Positions 9,549 through 21,197 of a stretch of DNA of 64,000 bases are shown piece by piece. The notes under the pieces were generated by a model. That model was not told the DNA's origin. It saw nothing but the letters and a program-made list of their open reading frames with translations, and did no database searches. Positions within the stretch are counted from its first letter, which is position 1, and each line of letters opens with the position of its first letter. The stretch lies in assembly GCF_058153355.1 (NCBI RefSeq), contig NZ_CM177019.1, one strand, 5' to 3'. The position numbers and the translations under genes are program-made.

Positions 9549-11459
9549 GTGACGGACGATTTTGCACCAGACGGTCAGCTGGCGAAAGCGATACCAGGCT
9601 TTAAGCCGCGAGAACCACAGCGTCAGATGGCGGTAGCCGTCGCCGGGGCGATAGATAAAAGCCAGCCGCTGGTGGTGGAGGCCGGAACCGGTACGGGCAA
9701 AACCTACGCTTACCTGGCCCCTGCGCTGCGGGCGAAAAAGAAAGTCATTATCTCGACCGGTTCAAAAGCGTTGCAGGATCAGCTCTACAGCCGCGATTTG
9801 CCAACGGTTTCAAAGGCGTTGAAATATACGGGCAACGTGGCGTTGCTGAAAGGGCGCTCTAACTACCTCTGCCTCGAACGTCTCGAACAGCAGGCGCTGG
9901 CGGGTGGCGATCTACCGGTACAAATTTTAAGCGATGTGATCCTGCTGCGCTCCTGGTCTAATCAAACAGTCGATGGTGATATCAGCACCTGCGTCAGCGT
10001 GGCGGAAGATTCACAGGCGTGGCCGCTGGTCACCAGCACCAACGACAACTGCCTTGGCAGCGACTGCCCGATGTATAAAGATTGCTTTGTGGTCAAAGCA
10101 CGCAAAAAAGCGATGGACGCCGATGTGGTGGTGGTAAACCATCATCTCTTTCTGGCGGATATGGTGGTGAAAGAGAGTGGATTTGGCGAACTGATCCCGG
10201 AAGCTGACGTCATGATCTTCGACGAAGCCCACCAGTTGCCGGATATCGCCAGCCAGTATTTTGGTCAGTCACTCTCCAGTCGACAACTGCTCGACCTGGC
10301 AAAAGACATCACCATCGCCTACCGCACCGAATTAAAAGACACCCAGCAGTTACAAAAGTGCGCCGACCGCCTTGCCCAGAGCGCGCAGGATTTTCGCCTG
10401 CAATTAGGTGAGCCAGGTTATCGTGGCAACCTGCGCGAACTGTTAGCTAATCCGCAAATTCAGCGGGCATTTTTACTGCTCGATGACACCCTTGAACTCT
10501 GTTATGACGTAGCGAAATTGTCGCTGGGGCGTTCCGCCTTGCTGGATGCAGCATTTGAACGCGCCACACTTTATCGTACGCGGCTTAAACGGCTGAAAGA
10601 GATCAATCAGCCGGGTTACAGCTACTGGTATGAATGCACTTCGCGCCATTTTACTCTGGCGCTCACGCCGCTTAGCGTGGCGGATAAATTCAAAGAGTTA
10701 ATGGCGCAAAAACCAGGTAGCTGGATCTTCACCTCAGCAACGCTGTCGGTGAACGACGATCTGCATCATTTTACCTCGCGGCTTGGGATAGAACAGGCGG
10801 AGTCGTTGCTATTGCCAAGCCCCTTTGATTACAGCCGCCAGGCATTACTCTGTGTGCCGCGCAACCTGCCGCAAACCAATCAACCGGGTTCCGCTCGGCA
10901 GCTGGCGGCAATGCTGCGACCGATCATCGAAGCCAATAATGGTCGTTGTTTCATGCTTTGTACCTCGCATGCCATGATGCGCGATCTGGCCGAGCAGTTC
11001 CGCGCCACCATGACGCTTCCCGTTTTATTGCAGGGAGAAACCAGCAAAGGCCAACTGTTGCAGCAGTTTGTCAGTGCCGGTAATGCGCTTCTTGTGGCAA
11101 CCAGCAGCTTCTGGGAAGGGGTGGATGTGCGTGGCGATACATTGTCATTGGTGATTATCGACAAGTTGCCGTTTACCTCACCGGATGATCCACTATTAAA
11201 AGCGCGCATGGAAGATTGCCGTTTGCGTGGAGGCGACCCGTTCGATGAAGTACAGCTGCCGGATGCGGTCATTACTCTCAAGCAGGGGGTAGGGCGACTG
11301 ATTCGCGACGCCGACGATCGAGGGGTTTTGGTGATTTGCGACAATCGGCTGGTGATGCGCCCTTACGGCGCGACGTTTCTCGCCAGTCTGCCGCCAGCGC
11401 CGCGCACCCGTGACATTGCCCGTGCGGTTCGTTTCCTTGCGATACCATCCTCCAGGTAA
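9549..11459 (+). CDS. yoaA: DinG-family ATP-dependent DNA helicase (SOS-inducible)
   Basis: 636-aa ORF with Walker A (AGTGTGKT), DEAH box (FDEAHQL) and Fe-S Cys cluster (CLGSDCPMYKDC); GTG start. Confidence 0.93.
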   Translation: MTDDFAPDGQLAKAIPGFKPREPQRQMAVAVAGAIDKSQPLVVEAGTGTGKTYAYLAPALRAKKKVIISTGSKALQDQLYSRDLPTVSKALKYTGNVALLKGRSNYLCLERLEQQALAGGDLPVQILSDVILLRSWSNQTVDGDISTCVSVAEDSQAWPLVTSTNDNCLGSDCPMYKDCFVVKARKKAMDADVVVVNHHLFLADMVVKESGFGELIPEADVMIFDEAHQLPDIASQYFGQSLSSRQLLDLAKDITIAYRTELKDTQQLQKCADRLAQSAQDFRLQLGEPGYRGNLRELLANPQIQRAFLLLDDTLELCYDVAKLSLGRSALLDAAFERATLYRTRLKRLKEINQPGYSYWYECTSRHFTLALTPLSVADKFKELMAQKPGSWIFTSATLSVNDDLHHFTSRLGIEQAESLLLPSPFDYSRQALLCVPRNLPQTNQPGSARQLAAMLRPIIEANNGRCFMLCTSHAMMRDLAEQFRATMTLPVLLQGETSKGQLLQQFVSAGNALLVATSSFWEGVDVRGDTLSLVIIDKLPFTSPDDPLLKARMEDCRLRGGDPFDEVQLPDAVITLKQGVGRLIRDADDRGVLVICDNRLVMRPYGATFLASLPPAPRTRDIARAVRFLAIPSSR

Positions 11460-11516
11460 TTTGTGATGGAGTATGGTATGATGCGCGCCTTTTTATTGAT
11501 CTAAGCACGAAGACCC

Positions 11517-12212
11517 ATGCGAATTCTGGCTATCGATACCGCGACAGAGGCCTGCTCTGTCGCCCTGTGGAACGACGGTACTGTCAACGCTCATTTTGAG
11601 CTTTGCCCTCGTGAACATACTCAACGAATCTTACCGATGGTGCAGGATATCCTGACCACCAGCGGAACTTCCCTGACGGACATAAATGCTCTGGCTTACG
11701 GGCGCGGCCCCGGTAGCTTTACCGGCGTGCGCATTGGTATTGGCATTGCGCAAGGGCTGGCGCTTGGCGCGGAATTACCGATGATTGGCGTCTCCACGCT
11801 AATGACGATGGCTCAAGGGGCGTGGCGCAAAAACGGCGCAACCCGCGTGCTGGCAGCCATTGACGCGCGAATGGGCGAAGTTTACTGGGCCGAATATCAG
11901 CGTGATGAAAATGGTATCTGGCACGGTGAAGAAACCGAAGCCGTACTCAAACCTGAACTCGTTCATGAACGGATGCAACAGCTTTCCGGCGAATGGGTGA
12001 CGGTAGGGACGGGCTGGCAAGCCTGGCCGGATCTCGGTAAAGAGAGCGGTTTGGCCCTGCGCGATGGCGAAGTGTTACTGCCCGCTGCAGAAGATATGCT
12101 GCCGATTGCTTGTCAGATGTTTGCCGAGGGTAAAACGGTGGCGGTGGAACATGCCGAACCGGTTTATTTACGTAACAACGTCGCGTGGAAGAAACTTCCT
12201 GGCAAAGAATGA
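11517..12212 (+). CDS. tsaB: tRNA threonylcarbamoyladenosine (t6A) biosynthesis protein TsaB
   Basis: 231-aa [26 protein letters not shown]...; YeaZ/TsaB family; synteny. Confidence 0.93.
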   Translation: MRILAIDTATEACSVALWNDGTVNAHFELCPREHTQRILPMVQDILTTSGTSLTDINALAYGRGPGSFTGVRIGIGIAQGLALGAELPMIGVSTLMTMAQGAWRKNGATRVLAAIDARMGEVYWAEYQRDENGIWHGEETEAVLKPELVHERMQQLSGEWVTVGTGWQAWPDLGKESGLALRDGEVLLPAAEDMLPIACQMFAEGKTVAVEHAEPVYLRNNVAWKKLPGKE

Positions 12213-12250
12213 ATCTTAAGAGTATGCCCTGAGAAAAAAGGAGTCGCATC

Positions 12251-12832
12251 ATGGCGGTTCAAAAGAATGTTATCAAAGGCATACTGGCAGGTACGTTTGC
12301 GCTAATGCTCAGCGGTTGTGTTACTGTGCCGGACGCCATTAAAGGCAGCAGTCCCACGCCGCAACAAGATTTAGTTCGGGTAATGAGTGCGCCGCAGCTG
12401 TACGTTGGTCAGGAGGCACGCTTTGGCGGCAAAGTGGTTGCGGTACAAAACCAGCAAGGGAAAACCCGCCTGGAAATTGCCACCGTACCACTGGACAGCG
12501 GAGCCAGACCGACGCTGGGAGAACCTTCTCGCGGTCGCATTTATGCTGATGTGAACGGTTTTCTGGACCCGGTAGATTTCCGTGGACAACTGGTTACGGT
12601 AGTTGGGCCAATCACCGGTGCGGTTGACGGCAAAATCGGCAACACGCCCTATAAATTTATGGTGATGCAGATAACGGGTTACAAACGTTGGCATTTAACC
12701 CAGCAGGTGATTATGCCGCCTCAGCCGATTGATCCATGGTTTTATGGCGGTCGTGGCTGGCCCTATGGCTACGGTGGATGGGGCTGGTATAATCCCGGCC
12801 CCGCGAGAGTACAAACTGTTGTAACTGAATAA
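12251..12832 (+). CDS. yeaY: Slp-family outer-membrane lipoprotein
   Basis: 193-aa ORF with lipoprotein signal peptide and lipobox (FALMLSGC); synteny between tsaB and fadD. Confidence 0.88.
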   Translation: MAVQKNVIKGILAGTFALMLSGCVTVPDAIKGSSPTPQQDLVRVMSAPQLYVGQEARFGGKVVAVQNQQGKTRLEIATVPLDSGARPTLGEPSRGRIYADVNGFLDPVDFRGQLVTVVGPITGAVDGKIGNTPYKFMVMQITGYKRWHLTQQVIMPPQPIDPWFYGGRGWPYGYGGWGWYNPGPARVQTVVTE

Positions 12833-12947
12833 TTGCTTGTTTTTAAAGAAAAAGAAACAGCGGCTGGTCCGCTGTTTCTGCATTCTTACGGTAAAGATAA
12901 AAATAAATAGTGACGCGCTTCGCAACCTTTTCGTTGGGTAATTATCA

Positions 12948-12964
12948 AGCTGGTATGATGAGTT
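12948..12964 (+). promoter_or_regulatory. FadR operator in the fadD promoter
   Basis: AGCTGGTATGATGAGTT resembles the FadR consensus (ANCTGGTCNGACCNGTT), about 70 bp upstream of the fadD start. Confidence 0.5.
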
Positions 12965-13036
12965 AATATTATGTTAACGGCATGTATATCATTTGGGGTT
13001 GCGATGACGACGAACACGCATTTTAGAGGTGAAGAA

Positions 13037-14722
13037 TTGAAGAAGGTTTGGCTTAACCGTTATCCCGCGGACGTTCCGACGGAGATCAACCCTGACCGTT
13101 ATCAATCTCTGGTAGATATGTTTGAGCAGTCGGTCGCGCGCTACGCCGATCAACCCGCGTTTGTGAATATGGGGGAGGTGATGACCTTCCGCAAACTGGA
13201 AGAACGCAGTCGCGCGTTTGCCGCTTATTTGCAACAAGGGTTGGGACTGAAGAAAGGCGATCGCGTTGCGTTGATGATGCCTAATTTATTGCAATATCCG
13301 GTGGCGCTGTTTGGCATTTTGCGTGCCGGGATGATTGTCGTAAACGTTAACCCGTTGTATACCCCGCGTGAACTTGAGCATCAGCTTAACGATAGCGGCG
13401 CATCGGCGATTGTTATCGTGTCTAACTTTGCCCACACTCTGGAAAAAGTGGTTGATAAAACCGCCGTTCAGCACGTAATTCTGACCCGTATGGGCGATCA
13501 GCTATCCACGGCAAAAGGCACGGTAGTCAACTTCGTTGTTAAATACATCAAGCGTCTGGTGCCGAAATACCATCTGCCAGATGCCATCTCATTTCGCAGC
13601 GCACTGCATAACGGCTACCGGATGCAGTACGTCAAACCCGAACTGGTGCCAGAAGATTTAGCTTTCCTGCAATATACCGGCGGTACCACTGGTGTGGCGA
13701 AGGGCGCGATGCTGACTCACCGCAATATGCTGGCGAATCTGGAACAAGTTAACGCGACTTATGGGCCGCTGTTGCATCCGGGCAAAGAGCTGGTGGTGAC
13801 GGCACTGCCGCTGTATCACATTTTTGCGCTGACCATTAACTGCCTGCTGTTTATTGAACTGGGTGGGCAGAACTTGCTTATCACTAACCCGCGCGATATT
13901 CCGGGGTTGGTAAAAGAGTTAGCGAAATATCCGTTTACCGCGATAACCGGCGTTAACACCTTGTTCAATGCGTTGCTGAACAATAAAGAGTTCCAGCAGC
14001 TGGATTTCTCCAGTCTGCATCTTTCTGCAGGCGGTGGTATGCCTGTTCAACAAGTGGTGGCTGAACGTTGGGTGAAACTGACCGGACAGTATCTGCTGGA
14101 AGGTTATGGCCTGACCGAGTGTGCGCCGCTGGTCAGCGTTAACCCGTATGATATTGATTATCATAGTGGTAGCATCGGTTTGCCGGTGCCGTCGACGGAA
14201 GCCAAACTGGTGGATGATGATGATAACGAAGTACCACCGGGTCAACCGGGTGAGCTTTGTGTCAAAGGACCGCAGGTGATGCTGGGCTACTGGCAGCGTC
14301 CGGATGCTACCGATGAAATCATCAAAAATGGCTGGTTACACACCGGCGACATCGCGGTGATGGATGAAGAAGGATTCCTGCGCATTGTCGATCGTAAAAA
14401 AGACATGATTCTGGTTTCCGGTTTTAACGTCTATCCCAACGAGATTGAAGATGTCGTCATGCAGCATCCTGGCGTACAGGAAGTCGCGGCTGTTGGCGTA
14501 CCTTCCGGCTCCAGTGGTGAAGCGGTGAAAATCTTCGTTGTGAAAAAAGATCCATCGCTTACCGAAGAGTCACTGGTGACTTTTTGCCGCCGTCAGCTCA
14601 CGGGCTACAAAGTACCGAAGCTGGTAGAGTTTCGTGATGAGTTACCGAAATCTAACGTCGGCAAAATTTTGCGACGAGAATTACGTGACGAAGCGCGCGG
14701 CAAAGTGGACAATAAAGCCTGA
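13037..14722 (+). CDS. fadD: long-chain fatty acyl-CoA ligase
   Basis: ORF 12971-14722; start placed at TTG 13037 after SD GAGGTGAAG, giving 561 aa (M)[30 protein letters not shown]...; AMP-binding motif [18 protein letters not shown]. Confidence 0.93.
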
Positions 14723-14741
14723 GCGTTAAGTCAGTCGTCAG

Positions 14742-14767
14742 ACGCCGGTTAATCCGGCGTTTTTTTT
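14742..14767 (+). terminator. rho-independent terminator after fadD
   Basis: Hairpin ACGCCGG-TTAAT-CCGGCGT followed by T7 run, about 20 bp after the fadD stop. This may correspond to the SroD sRNA region of K-12, which I cannot confirm. Confidence 0.7.
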
Positions 14768-14791
14768 GACGCCCACTAAAGAGAATACAAT

Positions 14792-15919
14792 TTGAATTAC
14801 CAAATGATTACCACGGACGATGCGCTGGCTTCTTTGTGTGAAGCTGTCCGTGCCTTTCCGGCGATAGCCCTGGATACTGAATTTGTTCGTACGCGCACCT
14901 ATTACCCGCAGCTGGGTCTAATTCAACTTTTCGATGGCGAGCATCTGGCGCTAATTGATCCTCTCGGGATCTCCGACTGGTCACCGCTGAAAGCGATCCT
15001 GCGCGATCCGTCCATCACAAAATTTCTCCATGCAGGCAGTGAAGATCTGGAAGTGTTCCTCAATGTCTTTGGCGAATTACCACAACCCCTGATTGACACG
15101 CAAATCCTTGCTGCCTTCTGCGGACGCCCGATGTCATGGGGTTTTGCTTCCATGGTGGAAGAGTATTCCGGCGTTACGCTGGACAAGAGTGAATCGCGCA
15201 CCGACTGGCTGGCCAGACCGCTGACTGAACGTCAGTGTGAATACGCAGCGGCGGATGTCTGGTATCTGTTACCGATCACCGCAAAGCTTATGGTAGAAAC
15301 GGAGGCCTCCGGCTGGCTACCTGCGGCGCTGGATGAATGCCGCCTGATGCAAATGCGTCGTCAGGAAGTCGTTGCACCGGAAGATGCCTGGCGTGATATC
15401 ACCAATGCCTGGCAGTTACGCACACGCCAACTGGCCTGTCTGCAACTGTTAGCCGACTGGCGACTGCGCAAGGCGCGGGAGCGCGATCTGGCGGTGAACT
15501 TTGTCGTGCGTGAAGAGCATTTGTGGTCGGTAGCGCGTTATATGCCGGGAAGTTTAGGCGAACTGGACAGCCTGGGCTTATCCGGTAGCGAAATCCGCTT
15601 TCACGGTAAAACGCTGCTGGCGCTGGTGGAAAAAGCGCAGACATTGCCGGAAGAGGCCTTACCGCAGCCGATGCTTAACCTGATGGACATGCCGGGTTAT
15701 CGTAAAGCGTTTAAAGCGATTAAGTCGCTGATTACTGACGTGAGCGAAACACACAAGATCAGCGCCGAATTGCTGGCATCGCGTCGGCAAATCAACCAAC
15801 TGCTGAACTGGCACTGGAAACTGAAACCGCAGAACAATTTACCCGAGCTGATTTCCGGCTGGCGTGGTGAGTTGATGGCGGATTCATTACACAATTTATT
15901 GCAGGATTATCCACAGTAA
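14792..15919 (+). CDS. rnd: ribonuclease D
   Basis: 375-aa ORF starting at TTG 14792, (M)NYQMITTDDALASLCEAVRAFPAIALDTEFVRT...; 3'-5' exonuclease and HRDC domains. Confidence 0.93.
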   Translation: MNYQMITTDDALASLCEAVRAFPAIALDTEFVRTRTYYPQLGLIQLFDGEHLALIDPLGISDWSPLKAILRDPSITKFLHAGSEDLEVFLNVFGELPQPLIDTQILAAFCGRPMSWGFASMVEEYSGVTLDKSESRTDWLARPLTERQCEYAAADVWYLLPITAKLMVETEASGWLPAALDECRLMQMRRQEVVAPEDAWRDITNAWQLRTRQLACLQLLADWRLRKARERDLAVNFVVREEHLWSVARYMPGSLGELDSLGLSGSEIRFHGKTLLALVEKAQTLPEEALPQPMLNLMDMPGYRKAFKAIKSLITDVSETHKISAELLASRRQINQLLNWHWKLKPQNNLPELISGWRGELMADSLHNLLQDYPQ

Positions 15920-15925
15920 AATCTT

Positions 15926-15968
15926 CCGAAGCCGGACTGGGCGCACTCAGCGCTCAGTCCGGCTTCGG
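15926..15968. terminator. stem-loop between convergent rnd and yeaX (likely bidirectional terminator)
   Basis: CCGAAGCCGGACTG...CAGTCCGGCTTCGG, a 14-bp inverted repeat directly after the rnd stop. Confidence 0.55.
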
Positions 15969-15972
15969 CAAA

Positions 15973-16938
15973 CTACAAATCCAACACCAGGCGTTTACCC
16001 TTCGCACGCGAACAACAGATCAACATACTTTGCTGGCTGGCACGCTCTTCATCGCTAAAATACTGATCCCGATGGTCAGCTTCACCTTCCAGTATTGCCG
16101 TTTCGCAGGTTCCGCATACCCCTTCACGACATAAACATTCCACTTTCGCTGCTTTACTATTTTCAATAACCTGCAAAATAGTCATCTCTTCCGGCACCAC
16201 AAACTCTTTTCCGGAACGGGCAAGCACCAGCGTAAATGCATCGCCGGTTTTGTCTTCGATAGCAAATTGCTCAAAGTGCAGCGTATCGGTGGCGATGTCC
16301 AGACGCGCAGCTTCACTTCTTACCGCCTCATTTAGCGCCTCGGGGCCACAGGTATAAACATGTGTGCCAGGTTCGATATCCGCCAACAATCGCGCTAATT
16401 CCAGTCGTGTTCCGGTTGATGAATGATGCAAATGGACTTTCTCGGCCTGCGGATGCTGGACTAGCTCATCACGAAATGCGCAACTTTCTGGATTTCGCGA
16501 GCAGTAATGTAACTGCCAGTCGACGTCGCTGTATTGCAACTCTGCCATGTGCGACAGGAAAGGGGTGATACCAATACCGCCCGCGATAAACAGATGCTTT
16601 CTGGCCGAGGGAATTAGCGCAAACAGATTATTAGGCGTCGAAATGGTCAACCGATCGCCTGCTTTCACCTGCTGATGCAAAAAGCGCGAACCACCGCGCG
16701 AGTTTTCTTCCAGCCGAACGGCAATCTGATAACGAGACGTATCGAGTGGCGAACTCAGCAGTGAGTACGCATTGCTGTACTGGTTATCACCATCGCTCAT
16801 CTGCACAATGATGTGACTTCCTCCAGTAAACGCAGGTAATGGTTTGCCATCGGTTGCCACCAGCGTGAAGCGTTTCACCTGTTCGGTAAGCGGTTCAATT
16901 TGGCTCACCTGTACTTCAAACATTTGATAGTCTGACAT
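15973..16938 (-). CDS. yeaX: carnitine monooxygenase reductase subunit (FNR-like flavin/NAD domains + 2Fe-2S ferredoxin)
   Basis: 321-aa ORF; C-terminal 2Fe-2S Cys motif (CREGVCGTCET); operon partner of the Rieske oxygenase yeaW. Confidence 0.9.
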   Translation of the reverse strand: MSDYQMFEVQVSQIEPLTEQVKRFTLVATDGKPLPAFTGGSHIIVQMSDGDNQYSNAYSLLSSPLDTSRYQIAVRLEENSRGGSRFLHQQVKAGDRLTISTPNNLFALIPSARKHLFIAGGIGITPFLSHMAELQYSDVDWQLHYCSRNPESCAFRDELVQHPQAEKVHLHHSSTGTRLELARLLADIEPGTHVYTCGPEALNEAVRSEAARLDIATDTLHFEQFAIEDKTGDAFTLVLARSGKEFVVPEEMTILQVIENSKAAKVECLCREGVCGTCETAILEGEADHRDQYFSDEERASQQSMLICCSRAKGKRLVLDL

Positions 16939-16993
16939 TGCTGTACTCCATCAAAAATCAGCCCAGCGGCGGAAAATACCGCCGCCGATGTCA

Positions 16994-18118
16994 TTAGTCC
17001 TTAAACACCTGCGCCAGCAGATTATGAAAATGGGCGATACCATGTTCGGAAATTCCGCTACCGCTACTGTCGGCCATGATGCGCCCCTGACCACGATAGC
17101 CACGCGATTTCAGCCCTTTCTGTACGCTTTCAACCAGACGTAAATCTTCCGGACGGAACACATCGCGATACCACTCAATCAGCGATTTTTGCTCGTCGGT
17201 TAACTCTTCATTGGTGAAGTAAATATCGTAGTTTTGCAGGGTAGTTTCAGAATCCACCGGGAATTCATAAATGACCGTCATCATGCCTTTGATCGGGGTG
17301 ACGTTCAGCATCGTGCACGGCCACAGCCAGAAACCATGGAATGCCGCATCCGTGCCCTCTTCGAATTTGAAAGACTGTTCGGACGGTTTGGCGAAACCGT
17401 ACTGCAGCGTCCAGTTACCGTGCATGGTGTGCCAGTAACGATCAACCTGAACGGAGTCGGAGAAACCTGGATGCGCCGGACCACAGTGATAGCACTCGAG
17501 ATAGTTATCGACAATGTTCTTCCAGTTGGCAGGCGTGCGGGTGGTAAAGCGGGCCGCCAGTTTCAGGTTGTGGACTTCCGGGCAGGCTTCCAGCACTTTC
17601 GCCCCCAGACCGGGTAACTGATCTTCTACGCTGGTGGCGTTGGGGTCCATGTTGATGAAGACGAATCCGGCATATTCTTCCAGACATACTGGAACCAGTT
17701 GCGCTTTGTCGCTATCGAAATTGGCAACGTTTTCGCAGTTACGCGCATGGGCCAGGTTGCCATCGAGTTTGAATGCCCAGGCGTGATACGGGCAGGTAAT
17801 CACATTTTTCGCTTTCCCTTCGCCGCTCAATAACTGATGACCACGGTGCGGGCAAACGTTATAGAACGCGCGCAAAACCTTATCACGACCGCGTACCAGC
17901 ACGATGCTTTCGCCAATGATCTCACGCGTCACATAATCATTGGTATTCGCCAGTTCGCTGCTGTGAGCGACGCAAATCCAGCTTTTGGCGAAGACGTTCT
18001 CTTTTTCGTGTTCAAACGCGTTCTGATCGGTATAAAAACGGGCAGGAATGGTCCACGCCTCTTGCGGGTTAGCGCAAAAATTTTCGGGTAGTACAAAGTC
18101 AGGGCTCAGATTGCTCAT
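16994..18118 (-). CDS. yeaW: carnitine monooxygenase oxygenase subunit (Rieske 2Fe-2S)
   Basis: ORF 16994-18238; start at ATG 18116-18118 (MSNLSPDFVLPENF...) giving 374 aa; Rieske motif CPHRGH...CPYHAW. Confidence 0.9.
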   Translation of the reverse strand: MSNLSPDFVLPENFCANPQEAWTIPARFYTDQNAFEHEKENVFAKSWICVAHSSELANTNDYVTREIIGESIVLVRGRDKVLRAFYNVCPHRGHQLLSGEGKAKNVITCPYHAWAFKLDGNLAHARNCENVANFDSDKAQLVPVCLEEYAGFVFINMDPNATSVEDQLPGLGAKVLEACPEVHNLKLAARFTTRTPANWKNIVDNYLECYHCGPAHPGFSDSVQVDRYWHTMHGNWTLQYGFAKPSEQSFKFEEGTDAAFHGFWLWPCTMLNVTPIKGMMTVIYEFPVDSETTLQNYDIYFTNEELTDEQKSLIEWYRDVFRPEDLRLVESVQKGLKSRGYRGQGRIMADSSGSGISEHGIAHFHNLLAQVFKD

Positions 18119-18149
18119 AGGGATACCTTTATCGTTAGGATGATGGCGT

Positions 18150-19760
18150 TCAGTTGTCGCCTTTGAATACGGTTCCAGCAGGAAGCACTGGCGTTTTTTC
18201 CAGGGCTTCAACCGGTGTCTGCGGGAGATAATGTTCAACTTGATGAGCCGGAATGTCGGCGTAATCCTGTTTCAGCCAGCGAATAAATCCGCCGACTTTC
18301 ACCAGTAAAATGACGAGGAAGGGAAGGGCTGTGAGCACGACAGTAGTTTTCATCGTTTCCAGCGACGCGCCAGTGAAAAGAATTGAAAGCGGGATCAGGG
18401 TAATTACCACGCACCAGAAAAGACGCAGCCCACGGTCAGGATCGTCACCTTCCTGGAGATTACGCGTACTGGTTGCCGCCATGGTGTAGGCCACCGCATC
18501 CATATGCGAGGCAAGGAAAATAATCATCACGCCCAGGTATGCAGCGAGGAACAATTTACCGGCTGGCAACGACATCAGAACTTGTTGCACAGCTGTTTCG
18601 CCGCCCAGTGTTTCCAGCACCTGTGGGACGTTGATTACGCCATTGATAAACTGATGAATGGCATAGCTTTCCATTACGCCGAAGAAGAACCAGCAACCGA
18701 CGGTGCTGCCGAGGATCAGTCCCCAGATAACTTCTTTAATCTTACGACCGCGCGAAACTCGGGTGACAAACATTGCTACGCCAGGGGTGTATGAGATCCA
18801 CCACAGCCAGTAGAAAACTGTCCAGTTGCGGGTAAATGAACCATCGCCAAGCGGATCGGTGAATAAGCTCATTTGCAGGAAGTTTTGCGTGGTCAGGCCG
18901 ATGGCATTGATGATGCTGTTGGTAATAAATTCGGTTGGACCGACAATCAGCACCAGCAATGGCAGCAGGAACGCGCCCCAGCCAACCATTTTGCTTAGAC
19001 GTTGCAAACCATTGTTGATACCAATCCACGAGCTTAGGCAAAAAATGCCGCCGGAAAGCAGGATCACAAATGCCTGTACGGTAAAGTTATCGGGTAAACC
19101 GGTCAGCGCGGAAAGCCCACGGGTAAAGGTTGCTGCGGTGACAACAAGGGAAATGGTCAGTGCGCCGACAGTGGCGATCAGGAACATCAAATCGACCAGT
19201 TTCCCCCACGGGCCTTGCGGGCGAACGCCGGTAATAGCAGCAATAATGCCGGAAAGGCTCAGCCCTTTATTTTTCCGCACATGAAAGTGATAAGCCATGA
19301 TTAATGAGGCCAGCGTATAAGTTGCCCAGGCGCTGATGCCCCAGTGGAAGAAGGAGTAGGGAACGCTAAATTCGAGTGCCTGTTGTGAACGCGGTGCGAT
19401 ATTTAATCCAGGCGTTTGATAATAATAGGCCCATTCAGCAACCCCCCAATAAAGCGTAGAAGAACCTAAACCTGCACAAATAAACATAAACAGCCAGGAG
19501 AGCGTGCTGTATTCCGGTTTTCCTTCGCCAAGACGAATATTGCCGTATTTACTGGTGGCTAAATAAATCACCAGTCCCATTGCCAGCAAAACCAATACCT
19601 GTACGGCGGAACCTAACGTACGCGTAACAAAAGTGTATATTGCGTTGGCCGCGTCGGCCGATTGTTGTGGGAAAAGGCTTAATGCAGCTGCGATGAAAAG
19701 AATGGCCACCAGGCTGATGCTTATCAACGGCACATCTTTTTTCTTAACATTGCTCATCAT
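18150..19760 (-). CDS. yeaV: BCCT-family transporter
   Basis: 536-aa ORF, multi-pass membrane protein aligning with CaiT/BetT-type N-termini; exact start (19760 vs 19757) uncertain. Confidence 0.85.
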
Positions 19761-19963
19761 GAGTCATCTCCTGGGCATAAAAGCCCGCCTCTGGCTTTTG
19801 CCAGTTGTAATTATTTGCAGGGTATGAGTTGTATGTTGTGTTTAACAAATTGATTATTTACATGTTACATAAATTAAACAATTAAGAATACGGAAAGCCA
19901 TAAAACACGAAACGGAAACAATAAAAGGTGAAATGACGCAGGTTATTTACTGCAAAGAACGAA

Positions 19964-19990
19964 TAAAAAAACCGCGTCAGTGACGCGGTT
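19964..19990 (-). terminator. rho-independent terminator after dmlA
   Basis: CCGCGTCA/TGACGCGG hairpin flanked by an A8 run on the plus strand (U-run on the minus-strand transcript), 20 bp downstream of the dmlA stop. Confidence 0.7.
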
Positions 19991-20009
19991 CAAATAAACT
20001 GGTTTGACC

Positions 20010-21095
20010 TTAACGCAAAATAATTTTGCAAATCGCGTCGGCAACCTGTGGCGTGGTGGCATTGCCTTTCATATCAGGTGTTTTCGGCCCGTGAGCAATC
20101 ACTTCTTCAATCGCGGCCAGAATACCGTTATGCGCTTGCTGGAAACGCTCATCGCCATTGCCGAGAAAATCGAGCATCATTGCACCGGCCCAAATCGTGG
20201 CGATAGGGTTAGCAATATTTTTCCCGTAGATATCCGGCGCGGAACCGTGGACTGGCTCGAAGAGCGACGGGAAAGTGCGTTCCGGATTCAGGTTGGCGGA
20301 TGGGGCAATGCCAATGGTGCCGGTGCAGGCCGGGCCAAGATCGGAAAGGATATCGCCAAACAAATTGGACGCCACTACCACATCGAAGCGTTCCGGCTGC
20401 ATCACAAAACGTGCGCAGAGAATGTCAATATGCTGCTTGTCCCAGCGGATCTCCGGGTAATTCTCAGCCATTGCTTCCACTCGCTCATCCCAGTACGGCA
20501 TGCTGATGGCTAAACCGTTCGATTTAGTGGCAGAAGTTAGCGTCTTACGTGGGCGGCTTTGCGCAAGTTCAAAGGCATAGCGCAAAATACGATCGACACC
20601 ACGACGAGTAAATACCGATTCCTGAATGACGACTTCATGCTCTGTACCTTCATTCACTCTACCGCCGAGCGAGGAATATTCGCCTTCGGTGTTTTCCCTG
20701 ACCACGTAAAAATCGATGTCGCCAGGCTGTTTTCCCGCCAGCGGGCAGGGAACGCCAGGAAAGAGACGAACCGGGCGCAGGTTGACGTACTGGTCGAACT
20801 CACGACGAAATTTCAGCAGCGAACCCCACAACGAAATATGGTCCGGAACGGTATCCGGCCAGCCGACGGCACCAAAATAGATGGCGTCGAAACGACTAAG
20901 TTGCTTATGCCAGTCGTCCGGCATCATTTTACCGTGATGGCTGTAATACTCGCAGCTCGCCCACTCCATTTGCTCAAAACTCAAGGCGAAGCCCCAGCGC
21001 TCAGCGGCAGCCTGTAACACGCGAATCCCTTCAGGAAGGACTTCTTTGCCAATCCCGTCTCCCGGGATCGCAGCAATACGCATCGTTTTCATCAT
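20010..21095 (-). CDS. dmlA: D-malate dehydrogenase (decarboxylating) / tartrate dehydrogenase family
   Basis: 361-aa ORF MMKTMRIAAIPGDGIGKEVLPEGIRVLQAAAERW...; isocitrate/isopropylmalate dehydrogenase fold; divergent from dmlR. Confidence 0.92.
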   Translation of the reverse strand: MMKTMRIAAIPGDGIGKEVLPEGIRVLQAAAERWGFALSFEQMEWASCEYYSHHGKMMPDDWHKQLSRFDAIYFGAVGWPDTVPDHISLWGSLLKFRREFDQYVNLRPVRLFPGVPCPLAGKQPGDIDFYVVRENTEGEYSSLGGRVNEGTEHEVVIQESVFTRRGVDRILRYAFELAQSRPRKTLTSATKSNGLAISMPYWDERVEAMAENYPEIRWDKQHIDILCARFVMQPERFDVVVASNLFGDILSDLGPACTGTIGIAPSANLNPERTFPSLFEPVHGSAPDIYGKNIANPIATIWAGAMMLDFLGNGDERFQQAHNGILAAIEEVIAHGPKTPDMKGNATTPQVADAICKIILR

Positions 21096-21197
21096 TGGGT
21101 TCTCACTTCCTGACCATCAAAATTGACAATACCCTCATCCTATAATTGACTGAAAAGGAATTAATCCCCGTAACTGGTGAAACATAAAACACGAATC

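Noticed and set aside
12971-13036. N-terminal extensions of track ORFs beyond the real start codon (example: fadD ORF beginning at 12971)
   Set aside because: The extended N-termini (fadD, yeaW, dgcJ, dgcP, xthA, ydjY, topB, msrB, yeaE, sppA and others) lack SDs and do not match the known proteins; starts were moved to the internal ATG/GTG/TTG that reproduces the expected protein length and is preceded by an SD.
14700-14790. Possible SroD small RNA at the fadD 3' end / fadD-rnd spacer
   Set aside because: I only vaguely recall a K-12 sRNA (SroD) mapped near the fadD-rnd boundary and cannot verify coordinates or sequence from memory; annotated the terminator hairpin only.
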